A stretch of 64,000 nucleotides of DNA, from assembly GCA_002633005.1 (NCBI GenBank), contig NMRA01000178.1:255395-319394 (forward strand). The letters run 5' to 3'. Position 1 is the first letter of the stretch; each line of letters opens with the position of its first letter. A program made the position numbers and the translations under genes. This DNA is from Phoronis australis. Its lineage: Eukaryota; Animalia; Phoronida. The notes below the pieces were generated by a model that worked only from the letters and a program-made list of their open reading frames with translations, made no database searches and was not told the DNA's origin. Positions 12,701 through 23,718 of the stretch are shown piece by piece.

Positions 12701-15700
12701 AAAGAATGTTGCCATGAACAGGCAGCAACCTAAATCAATGCACACCCATTTCTGTTCTTAACCCACGAAGAAAAGAATTGAAAAATGAAAATTAGCGGTC
12801 TTCGAATTTTCAAAATGGATGCATTATAAGAAAAATTAGCATATAGGTTTTCCTCAGCAGTGCGGCTAATTAAAGCCACCACGTGCGTTAATTTTGAGGG
12901 TGGGTTAGTCACACTTAAACTAACTTTGACGTTTGGCTAACAAAACCCCAAATTTTAGTGTAGCAGTTGCCTCCGTCATGATAAAGTCCAGGCACTGTTG
13001 AAGTGGCTCTTGTAATCCCAATTAGTAAAGAGCGAGGAACGCCTAATATAGGGTGGTTTTTCAGCCAAGCTTAATCCAAAAATTTTGAAAAGTAGCAATG
13101 GCATGAACATTTAACCCAGATGTTTACAGTACTTATCTGGTTAAATTAAGTGAATATTAAGTGTTCTCCTTTAATGAGTTGGCTTGATACCTCATACCTT
13201 GAGCTTTGTGTAAGCTAATGGTGTTTTGTTTCCTCTAATAACTTTCTGGCAGAAAGAAAGGTTTGTTATCTGCCATCAGCAGTTTCAAATTGGATGGCTG
13301 GAGGTGCCTACCAAAATATCTGTTTCCCCTAATTTAATTTGTCTTGATCTGTGAAACTTGAATAAATGTGGTCATGAATCACGAAATCCAATTATTTTAA
13401 GTGTGTGTTCCCTAACATAAACTGTTCCAAAGTTATTCGTCTGAGTTATATTACCACTTAATTTCTTAGCCCCAAAAAGCCTTGCACTCATTCCAAGGCA
13501 GCACTGGACACTAAGGTAAACCCTGAGACAAGTCTTTTTTTCATTGAGTATCAGTTTTCATCCAGGCTGTTGTTAGGCAATACTAATTTTACATAGTTTA
13601 GACCCTAATATTAATTATAGTGATATTGATTGTTGGTTGTAGAACAAGTGTCTAATGAAGCCTTAGTGAGAGGCAGTCATACTGTTGCCATGGTGATGAA
13701 ACCTACTCCTTTGTTCCTGTTTAGAAACTTGTTAATGAAGTGGGTTGAATTCTCTAGATCCAATGTCGCGATTATCAGTTGTGTGACCATGAACTTTAAT
13801 TATTTGTCAAAGTGCGTGTTTCAATATCTCACACCAATTGTTACATCTATTTGTTACTGCATATTATGCTTCAAAAATTTCTACACTACATTATATATGA
13901 AGAAAACTTAGTAAATATACCATACACAAAAATATAAGAAATTTAAGTCCAAGCATTTTATTTTTACTGGCCATTATTGCTTGTCGCTCAAGACTGACCT
14001 GAATTTGCCAGGCACCGATCAGTACAATGTCAGGGATATTTTAATTGGATACTAATCAGGACATGTTTCATGACAAATGAGAATGTTTTCACCACATAGT
14101 TTGATAAGTTGATCGTTTTGGGAATTAGTGTGTATAGAAACAACACTGCTTTGTGACATTTTATAGGTTTAATACTTGAGTTACCATGCAGCGTGACTCA
14201 GGTTAAAACAATCTATTACAATTATCACATATCTACCCGCAGTTCAATTTTTTAGGTTCTTTGAAGGTTGCTTTACCCATACCTGCCTGTTTACACAATT
14301 GTTTTGGTTTGTTATCACGTTACCAAATCACTCATGCACAAATTTTAATCTATGATGGTTCTAACTGACACATGATACAATGTACAGTTAAACTGAAACA
14401 TGTGCAGATTCCACACTAAATAATTCCAACAGGTGGTGTTTACAACCACTTTGAAAATTTAGACTGTGTGCAGCTCCTGCAAATACACAAAAATGATACT
14501 TTTTGTTCAAAATAAAAAAATCCATTGCGTCGAATGCTGTTTAAACAGATCAGAGGCAAAATCAAATGGTTTGTGGTGACCTGTTAAAACAGGTGATGGA
14601 GAAAACTGATGTGTAGCCATATTAATTGTGGAATTTTAGACTTGGTTTATTTTAATATTTAATTATTCTTGAATTTGGGATGACCTGTATTGCCTATTTC
14701 TAAAATTTGGTACAAAGTCTGCTCTTCAGCAATTGAATTTTCACCGTCTCAAACTGGAGAATTTTTACTGTAACATTAAGTTATTTTGCACATGCACAGG
14801 TGTACAACTACTACTTAAAACTAAATGTGACTTCAAATTTTGGTAACCACATTGGAGTTTCATTGTCTTCAGTGCTATATCCATCTATCTGGCCAAGATT
14901 TTATAACGTTATAATAAGTACGGCCATCCATGCTCAAATATTTTGGGGCTGTCACGATACAGTTGCGCTTTCGATGTCCACTTACTGAATTACTGGAGTG
15001 GGACAGGGCTTGATTGTGGGTAAATGTGATTACATGACAGTGTGTGTATCCAATCACATTTTGTGAACAGAATATTTGCCATGTTCTGAAAACAGGTCAA
15101 AGTTTTAATTTACGTACTTTGTTCATGTGGTGTCAGTCAGAATGCAAAGAAGTTCTATGATGAGGCGATGGATTACCTGCCCAGATTTAGAACCTCCTCT
15201 GCACCTATATTTGGTCTTACAAATGTTCACATGTTGTTTTCTCTGTATGTCCTAAACCTGTGACATATGAATATCATATGCTACAGTTTATTCCTAAACA
15301 TGTGACATATGAATATCATATGCTGCAGTTTATTCCTAAACCTGTGACATATGAATATCATATGCTACAGTTTATTCCTAAATGGCAGAGCACAACTGGC
15401 ATTGATTTTCTGCCAATTTGACTACGGTGAAAATTTGTTTGAAAAATGAGCACCACGTATTACTATGCACACGATGAGGGCTCTATGTTGCTGTAGTGGT
15501 ACAGGTTGGTTTATGGAGTATTATGTGTTAGAAGTTAAAAATATTCGTGAATGACCAATGTCCGAGGGTTCATTAAAAGGAATTGTGTCACGTCTATAAC
15601 ATTTCTAGTAATTTTTTGTTCTAAACTGGTGATAACATTAAATGCATGGGGACTGGTAATCAGTTCTCTTAAATTTTAGTCTACACAGACGTTTAGCTTC

Positions 15701-18700
15701 AGTAAGTCCGTCCAGTGTTTATCTTTAAACATGATATTGTAAAACAATGTTGCTTGACCCCAAATTGGATGGAGTTGACTGACAGGAAACCTAAAATTCA
15801 ATGACACTTGTAGATGTATTGGATACTGTTTCAATCCTCACAACAATGGTAATAATTGAGGTTTGTTTGATGTTTGCAAACAAGCTGTAAATGCTGCAAA
15901 AACAAGACATAAAGACACAGGTGGACCATAGGTGGCGCTCAATGCACCCCCCTTATCATACACTTATTACGTAGCCATTAACGATATTTGGAAATAGCTT
16001 TGTACTGTATATTGCAGGTTGAGCTCTTAGGGGGTGTTGTTTGTATATTGTAGGATGGTGTGAAGCGAGAGGTGAAAGAAGAGACTGGCTTGGTGTATGA
16101 GCCAATATCACTCATCGCATTGGAGTGTGGTGGGAATAACTGGTACAGATTCACCTTCATTGGAAACACCGTTGGTAAGAAAGTGTTGCCAATGAGTATA
16201 TAGAGAATTGTACACTCGTCTCAGATTTATGACATGAGGAAAATCTCTTGGAAATTTCGTTAAGTTCCCGAGGCTTGCCTAGGGATTTTGATGAAATTTA
16301 CAAAAGGTTTTGCCCATGTCATAAACCTGAGACGAGTGTAGGATTGGTTTTCTTTTTTGCTGAAAAACTCGACGTGTCTAAAACTTTCAACCACGTGACG
16401 CAACTTTTGTAAAAACTCGCTTGCGCAATATAAAGTTAACTCAGTTACTTTTTGTTAATGATTTTATACTGAACAATTGTAAATTGAATTCATCTTTTGT
16501 AACAAATGTTCAAGTTAGAATCTAATAAATAGTCTTTGAAGTTGTAGTTTTAAAACTTAACAGATGTTTATAAATAACACAGTCAGCAGGGCTTCCCCAC
16601 ACGTGATCACTGAACTGACCTTGAGACAGCACAGCTAGACAGTCGCACCGCATTTTTTGAGTTGGGGTTCGTCTCTGTTTGAATGAACGTGGATATGGAA
16701 TTCGCTGCCGAAGATCAGCCTGTTTAAGAAGTTGTTTGCATGTCCTTCTGACTGGAAGTACATACAGATGTGACACTCGATTTGTCAATCATAACCTTGT
16801 CACCTTCACGGAATTCCGGCATTGCTTGGTTGGCGCACGTTTGGTTGTTGGTATTAGTGTTTTGCAGTAAAATTTTCCTGAGTGCTGTAACTTCACAATA
16901 CAATTATTGAACATGTTATGTTGGTGATGTTCACATGCCGCTCCCCACTCAACTAATTCCTAGTTAATTCTTCTGTGAACAATGATTTCATTTCGTAAGA
17001 ACAGAAGTACGGTAAATCTTCACGTATTTGGCTCACAATGTGGCTGACAAGTGAAATTCTATTTTGTCAAATTTCTCCGCGAAAGTAAATATTAACATGA
17101 TTTCAGTCTATTAATTGCATTGTTTGTAATGTTTAGATGTCATAAAACAATATTTGGTAAAGTTTCCATTATGTAGCTAAATGGCAATTTTGTCAAATAT
17201 TTTTGTGCGAAATGAGCGACTAATTACAATAGTTGTATACGTGGATTTTCCCAGAATACACTGCGCTTTAGTCATCCGAAGATGGAAAATACTTACACAT
17301 GCTTCTTCAATTCAATTATTTTATGAGCCAGTGTTTGTACCCATCTCTGAATTAATTGTTGTTTTTACTGTTAAACATATCAATCCACTGTTAATGTGTT
17401 TGGTAAGTCAAATTCTGATATGTAAGGCTACTGTTATGCACACTAACGATGGTTTATTCGTAAACGGCGGCGTGTCCGCAGCTGGCAGATTCTTCTGTCT
17501 AGGGCGTTTAGTTAGGTACGCAAACTAAATGTGATCAAATGTGGCCGAAGGATACGTGCACATATTCTGTCTTTGTGTGACTAGAGCGCATTGGATTCTG
17601 GGCAGAGTGCAAAAGTTCTTGGTTCTTATTCATGAAATCAAAATTTCATGTCATGCTTCACAAGCATTGTGAAGAACTACAATTTGTTTTCAGCAAACTT
17701 GGGTTGACCTCAAAAGTTTTAAGACAGTTTCCAGGAGGGTTTGTTATCATACAGTTGGACTGTAAAGCGTTGTGTAAAACGTACTTGAATTGCCAACCAG
17801 TTGTACTGGTTAACGCACTGGGTTAATTAGAGGCTCTGACATCTCTTTTAATTGCACAGCTCACAAATTGCACAGAATACACGTCCCTTGTTAGCTAATC
17901 TTTGCATACATTAGTGGTATTTAGGTGATTATTGTGAGACCTCTAATTGAGATATTATGGCCACAAGCCAACTGTTGTATGTCATGACCTTTAATAGTGC
18001 GTGTACGGCCAGTAAGCACAGGATTCTCTGTTACAAGCTGTCTGGAAGTCAGGGTTGCAGCAGACATGTATTATGGTTGGGAGTTATCCTAGAAAATGTC
18101 AAAATTTGGTTAAATTGGCAGCATGGTGTCTCCGAAATGGCTGGTTTAAATTCAAATGAAACTTTCCGATATTGTATCCTGTTTATATACTGTTTTCTAA
18201 AACACTTTTTCGAATTGTTTTTAATACTAACTTTTACATATTATAAGTGCTATTGAAAATTGAGACTTAAGTGATATTTTTAAATTTTAGCTGCCTGCGG
18301 TTAAGTTTCCTCAAATTCAAACACAAATGATTGCCTAAATTGTCTTTTTCCCATTTTTGAAAGTCAAATTTTCACTGCTTTTTGTTGATGGAGGCTGTAT
18401 AATGTAAACTGGGCAAATAATGAAGTAAATTTTTCTTTCTGTATATTTTTTCATAAAGTATGGTTGACTATTCCACCATATTGAATTTTAAATTACAGAA
18501 ACTTTATCTGTTTAAAAAGATGTCAGCCTGTGAAAAAAGGTTTACTAACAATGGGTAAAAATAAAATACAAAATTGGTCTGTAAAACACAGTTGATACGG
18601 AGTAGAATTTCACCGAGATAATTGGAAGCTAGACCTGAAAAGCATTCTAAAATTGATCATTTTAATCTTGTCCTGAGGAGCCGTACTTATTCTGTTGAAT

Positions 18701-21700
18701 TTACGGTCGTTGCGGATGAGTTTGGTGGAACATTTTGAACACATTGAAGAGGTGCTGTAGATTTGGCTGGATGACCAAATAAGAGATAGTATTCATAACT
18801 ATCAATTCTGCTCATGACAAGAGCATTATAGTTGGAGATTTGGTCTGAGGAACTGATAAAGAAGGTCTGATTCTGCAAATTTGTCTGAGATAGAAGTAGC
18901 TAGAGTAGTACTCTTGTATGGTTTTATCCAGATTAATGCAAGTCTAGTGTATAGCAGCTAGTCTGATATTGGAGGGGGGGGCAGGGGGGTTCTAGGTAGG
19001 ATGTAGCAGTTGATGCCATTGTAAGTTTTAGGAAGCTTATTCATGTTAATCACAAGGCACATCAAGTTCAGTTCTATACCTTCATGTTGCCCTCATTTGC
19101 AGATGGCAAAATCTAGAGATATCTCCTGTTAGGTTTCTAGTCTCAAGCTTTCAAATCATTCACTGACCCATCTTGGACAGTTTTAACTTGGAGGCATTCA
19201 AGACAATCTGAGCCTTAACAGCAGCTTTGGCTTGGCTGTCTCCACCATTTTTGATTTGTTTGAGTTATGTCATATTTTTACTTATCAGACTTTACCATCA
19301 GTAATGAGATCTTTTCAATATATTTACTTGTACATGTTTTTACAATATTTTAAACAAGTGATTCTCAAGGAAATTTTTTTGTTTCATCTGCACGAAGGTG
19401 GACAACTCAAGTCTAAAGCTGACGGTGACGCTGAGTCCCTCCAGGCCAGCTGGTGCTCCTTGGAGAAGCTAAAAAGATCCTCTACTGACTTCATGCTTAG
19501 GTATGATAGTAACAGACGTGCTCATGAGACAACTGCAATGCTAACATTTGGGGTTTTGTTTCCCCAATGCCTAACTGACCCTTAGCCAGACCAAGACTAT
19601 CCCGTTCTAATCTATTCACAAATTATTGCTCGTGATTTAACTGCGATGCTGAAGAAAACAAGCTATTCAAATGTCTCTTTCAATGCATTGATTTTAAAAA
19701 TTCAAAAATGGGTACTATTAACTTTTCTATTTTAAGACCAGTCTTGTTGGTCGTATGCCTTACTTATTTTTTGTTTTTTCACTTTGAAACTCGTACACTA
19801 AACAGGCATGTTGGTTTACGACCGCAGTTATCTCATCCAACACATTCAGTCAACCCCATGAATAGTGAGTAGCTCCCTTTAATCCTTGATTGCACCATCA
19901 AGCCTTTGGTGTGCCCAGGAATTCGCTGGACACTCTGCGGGTAAACGGTGCACGCTTTCTCGTCCACTTTTATGCAAATCTTGTTAGCGTAAGATTTGCC
20001 TACAGATCATGTGACTTCAAGCTCAGGTATGATCATTGCAAGTGTGGTCATGTGACTTCATGCGCAGGTATGATCATTACTGGTGTGGTCATGTGACTAT
20101 GCTCAGGTATGATCATTGCACGTGTGGTCATGTGACTTCATGCTCAGGTATGATCATTACAAATGTGGTCATGTGACTTCATGCTCAGGTATGATCGTTA
20201 CAAATGTGGTCATGTGACTTCATGCTCAGGTATGATCGTTACAAATGTGGTCATGTGACTTCATGCTCAGGTATAACCATTACAGGTGTAATTATGTGAC
20301 TTTGGTATCTGTGTTGAACAATTAAACCAGCTGTATGCACTGTGTTGCCACTGACTGTACATGCATGTGATGCCACTGACTGTACATGCATGCAACTATT
20401 TCCTAATACGCTTCTATTGATCGTCTTGAGAACTTTCTCTTTGCAATGTTTTGACACATGGTCTCTGGTGTATGGTATTACATCAATCAAGTCAAATTAA
20501 AATTGCCATGGAATATCATTAACTTGCTTACCCTGCCATATGCATTAGGTCCAGTCATATATCACTCAGTGTACTGTCCATCAAGTGTACCCGACCAGGG
20601 CACACACACACACAGATTAATACTGCCTGCCAATAGGAGCAACAAAAATTCCGGCAGTCAGCAGGAATTCATGGGGACACGACTGTGGAATTGATCCGTT
20701 ACTTTTATCGTGAAATATTAGTGGAGTTTCGAAATACGTAGGAACTTAGCTAATGTGCCTTTCACATAATTTTTGCCTGAAACTCAGTTGAGTAACCCCA
20801 CTAGCCTGCCCACCTAGCCTCTGTCAATTGCCACCAAAATTAGACCAGCCCATCCCCCCTCTCTCCATTTTCCTATGGCCCTGCCCTGATAATCTGTTGA
20901 TGGAGGCTTGTATTGGTTCTCAAGTACATAGTACTAAAGGTGTAACAGTGCTAGAGATGTGGCAGCACTAGACGTGTGGCAGCACTAGACGTGTGGCAGC
21001 ACTAGATGTGTGGCAGTGTAATAGAGATACTAACAAATAGTGTTTACCATTACAGAGCTCATGACATTCTTGCACTAATTGACATAGCTGTCAAGTACAA
21101 CAAGAAAGATGTCACCTGTCGACATCCATCAATGTTGCCAGCCAACAAGCCACATTGCCAAATGGTGCTGAGGATCTTAATAGCTTGTTGTCAAGATGAG
21201 TGAGTAGACAATACAGGGTGTCCCAAAAGTATGTACTAACACTTCAAATCACTATCTTGTTTATTAACCGAAATCAATGCAATTGTTTATTAATGGCACA
21301 TTGCATGAACNAGTGTTTACATTTCATTACAGAGCTCATGACATTCTTGCACTAATTGACATAGCTGTCAAGTACAACAAGAAAGATGTCACCTGTCGAC
21401 ATCCATCAATGTTGCCAGCCAACAAGCCACATTGCCAAATGGTGCTGAGGATCTTAATAGCTTGTTGTCAAGATGAGTGAGTAGACAATACAGGGTGTCC
21501 CAAAAGAATGTACTAACACTTCAAATCACTATCTTGTTTATTAACCGAAATCAATGCAATTGTTTATTAATGGCACATTGCATGAACGGATAAACACACA
21601 ATCTTTTATAAAACAATAATTTTGCCTGATAAGATTTCTATTCTTCAAAATGGAGATGTTCGTTTGCCAGTCTGTTGCATGGTGGCTCCCGCACGTGCAA

Positions 21701-23332
21701 TCAGAGCAAGGTGTAACCACACAGTAGGCCCAGGCGTAAAATGTGATTCATGGGAACAGAATTTGAACTCTCGGTGTTGGACTGAAGTGTCAGCTCATTT
21801 TTTGGGACACCCTATATTTTAATATTGATAATACTCCTTGTTTGGGCATGTGTGTGTATTTGTGTACCATTGTCCAGTGCAGAGCTGAACCCTTGTCACT
21901 ATCACATCTTTGTCATACGTCTTTCTTAATTATTGTATGTATCAATCGCAAACATTTATAAGTCTCATCTGCATGTCACCTGTTGGCCACCAGACCGATT
22001 TATATTTTTTTTCTGCGTGAATAGGTTTAAGATTTCCGGATTCGTATTACATTTATCCTAAAGTATGCTTAAACCAGTTGATTTATGTAAATCTATTACT
22101 GATAACAGACTTGATGCCGACTAAAATTTACATTAATCTCTTTTTTATTTTCTGTGTCATTAAGCCTTAAGATTAGATCTCAGTCAGCCTTGTTCACATT
22201 TGTTGCATTTCTGCATGGTTCAAAAGGTAAGATAAGTATGAATGAGGTTTCCACCTGTAACGCTGTGATTGCCAGGTAAGAGTTGCCTGGAAATCAACTT
22301 GTTGTTTTTTCACTGGAAAATTCCAGTGAAAAAAACAAAAATGTGTCTTAAAAGGCACATTTTTGATGCCACCACATTAAATGCGCTGAGATGTATTCCA
22401 TCTATTTCCAGAGAAAAGTGCGCCGTTGTCGTGAATTCATCTGCAAATGTCCACTTACCTAGTTGCCTTGTATCTAAGTCCGACTACAACTTTACCATAC
22501 CCATCTTCAGAGTTTTACAGGCGAGTCACCAACATCTTCTGTGTTTACATCACTGTGGCATAAACGATCAGACCTACTAATTAGTTTATTTGCTGAAAGC
22601 TAGTTTGAGTCTTTGTGAATGTATAGACCCTACCGAGTAAATTTTGCTATGTGAGGAACATGCTTATTGGGCAGCCTGAGATTCCTATGGTTCACCAGTG
22701 AGTAGAACTAACAAACACCAGACCTCATAATACACTCACAGTGTAACAAAGACCAGACCCCATTGTACACTTAGTATTAATAACAAACACCTTATCCCAT
22801 AGTACGCACACTCAGTATAACCCAGCATTACCTGCACAACTGCGCTCCATCTTTGGATATAACCAAAATCCAGCCATGTAAATGTTTCTCACTTCCTAAT
22901 CTGTAAACTTTTGATGCCAATGAAAACAAATTGAATGTTAATTGTATCCACGTTGTAAATTAAAAATTACACAATTGTTTTAGTATTAAAACTATAATTA
23001 TTATTATTATTATTATAATTTTACGTGTACAGAAGTGGTGAAGTTGCTTGGTGAAGTGCAGTCTCCGATGTATCCATGGTTTTGTGTTTTGTCAACAGGG
23101 AGTGTTCAAAGACTATGCACCCAGTAGACCAGAAGTTGGAGTATTGACTGTGGAATTCTTTGGAAAACCCCCAGAGGAGAATGATGGTATTTGTATCACG
23201 TTACTGATGAAAAGTGATTCACGACACTCGACAAGGGACTCGTATTGTTGGAAAGAAATTGATAAGTCACTCAGCAGTCATGTCAGGCGGAGATTTCACA
23301 AAGGACAGACTGTGCCTCTAATATTTTATTAA
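778..23332 (+). CDS. NUDT18: Nudix hydrolase 18 (8-oxo-dGDP phosphatase), 7 coding exons, ~320 aa
   Basis: Exons 778-865, 11548-11711, 16054-16174, 19398-19500, 21056-21199 (repeated at 21333-21476), 22412-22520 and 23099-23332 join in phase (963 nt incl. stop). The Nudix box G-RLELG-E-SLVDGVK-RE-VKEETGL spans exons 2/3. Segments QEAKQSCRGLWYLPAGR, DAESLQASW, LRAHDIL and DGICITL match NUDT18 as I recall it. Intron 6 uses a GC donor. An acceptor at 768-769 implies an upstream UTR exon. Confidence 0.9.
1040..1430. repeat. Tandem dimer (~200-bp unit), each unit containing a ~100-bp palindromic MITE
   Basis: Units start TTAGTGGTTGGTT. Arms AGTCTGATATAACGTGCC.GCA.TTTGAGAA ... TTCTCAAAATAC.GGC...TATCAGA.TA at 1092-1198 and 1297-1390. 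Confidence 0.65.
1812..6368. other. Near-identical direct repeat 1812-4809 / 4811-6368 joined by a single N (probably two haplotypes, an assembly overlap)
   Basis: Both copies start AGTGTCA(G/A)TCGAGGTGCAATG and end AGAATTTAAAA...ATAC. They differ by SNPs, small indels and the 1.5-kb HINE. N at 4810. Confidence 0.8.
2077..3570 (+). mobile_element. Non-autonomous Helentron-associated element (HINE / DINE-1-like), full length ~1.5 kb
   Basis: 5' hairpin ATGCGCCCACATAT-tc-ATATGTGGACGCAT, then a (GTCC)n-like microsatellite, ~150-bp subunits in a ~445-bp higher-order repeat, a 3' subTIR TGTGGGTGCAT, a small stem-loop CAATGC-tct-GCGTTG and CTCTTGTT. Inserted in a T-run without TSD; the empty site is at 5072-5077. 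Confidence 0.85.
5700..6580 (+). repeat. Diverged HINE-type satellite subunits (also at ~4180-4800 in the duplicate copy)
   Basis: Recurring CCCCTAGTGGCATTTT / CTAGTGGCCATTTT and TTGATGAAATTT / AAACTTGGCAC motifs typical of the HINE subunits. Boundaries are approximate. Confidence 0.45.
6930..7050. repeat. 22-bp minisatellite x~5 (related diverged array at ~57583-57675)
   Basis: Unit CTTTTTCA(A/G)ACATGGCTCAGAG. Confidence 0.85.
11174..11427. mobile_element. MITE with ~19-bp TIRs
   Basis: GGGCGTGTATTCGGAAAAT ... ATTTTCCGAATAAACGCCC (1 mismatch). Confidence 0.6.
15251..15382. repeat. 42-bp minisatellite x3
   Basis: Unit CCTAAACCTGTGACATATGAATATCATATGCTACAGTTTATT, with internal CATATGA.TATCATATG dyad symmetry. 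Confidence 0.85.
16211..16340. repeat. 130-bp fold-back (inverted repeat) 36 nt into NUDT18 intron 3
   Basis: TACACTCGTCTCAGATTTATGACATG ... CATGTCATAAACCTGAGACGAGTGTA (25/26 match); pairing continues imperfectly to a central CCCGAGGCTTGCCTAGGG. Confidence 0.8.
20007..20302 (+). repeat. 41-bp minisatellite x7 derived from the NUDT18 exon 4/intron 4 junction
   Basis: Unit TGACTTCATGCTCAG|GTATGATCGTTACAAATGTGGTCATG vs native 19486-19526 TGACTTCATGCTTAG|GTATGATAGTAACAGACGTGCTCATG (35/41 identical by manual alignment). Confidence 0.9.
20955..21017. repeat. 17-bp minisatellite x~4 upstream of NUDT18 exon 5
   Basis: Unit GTGTGGCAGCACTAGAC. Confidence 0.8.
21039..21587 (+). other. Duplicated NUDT18 exon 5 region (21039-21310 / 21312-21587) joined by a single N; probable assembly overlap
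   Basis: The exon copies are identical and the flanks differ by a small indel and a SNP. N at 21311, the same signature as at 4810. Confidence 0.75.
21491..21814. mobile_element. Tc1/mariner-type MITE
   Basis: TIRs CAGGGTGTCCCAAAA ... TTTTGGGACACCCT(A) flanked by TA; no coding capacity. Confidence 0.7.
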
Positions 23333-23490
23333 AACAGAAAAGCAGTGAGAGAATGGCAGCTCCAGTCTGGTGTCGCTGTTTTCCTGTTGGGATTACTGTT
23401 GTATTGGTTTACAGAAGTGTTCTAACCCGTCTTCTATGCTTGTCCAGTGTAGTGCATCCTGGGCCTGCTCCGTACGTCCGGTCATGAGAA

Positions 23491-23718
23491 GGCCGTGTGT
23501 CCTAGTGGGGTAAGCACCTGCTTCCTTTATTCAAAGTCGTGGCTTCAAGTCCCACTGGCGCACACTGGTAGACCCTTGTGTCTCTAGCTCCTCAGCTCGG
23601 CTTTAAATTTATATTAACAAACTATAAAAATGGTTCCAAGTGATCAGTGCAATGGGTAAACCTGGGCGGCCTGCACACGTCTGCTACACGTTGTACTAGA
23701 CTGCCTGCAATTACTTTT
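23491..23718 (+). mobile_element. tRNA-derived SINE, downstream of the NUDT18 stop
   Basis: A-box-like TGTCCTAGTGG and B-box-like GCTTCAAGTCCC. The body CTAGCTCCTCAGCTCGG...AAAAATGGTTCCA..TGATCAGTGCAATGGG...GCCTGCAATTA is shared with 60656-60888; the tail recurs at 31907-31938. Confidence 0.7.

Noticed and set aside
6930-20302. Short direct-repeat arrays (6930-7050, 15251-15382, 20007-20302) as CRISPR arrays
   Set aside because: Head-to-tail units without unique spacers, no cas genes, and a eukaryotic intronic context.
21056-21476. Tandem duplicate of NUDT18 exon 5 as mutually exclusive or in-frame duplicated exons
   Set aside because: The copies are identical in the exon and are joined by a single N, the same signature as the 4810 junction. 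Most likely a haplotype overlap, although the 144-nt phase-symmetric exon would tolerate a real duplication.
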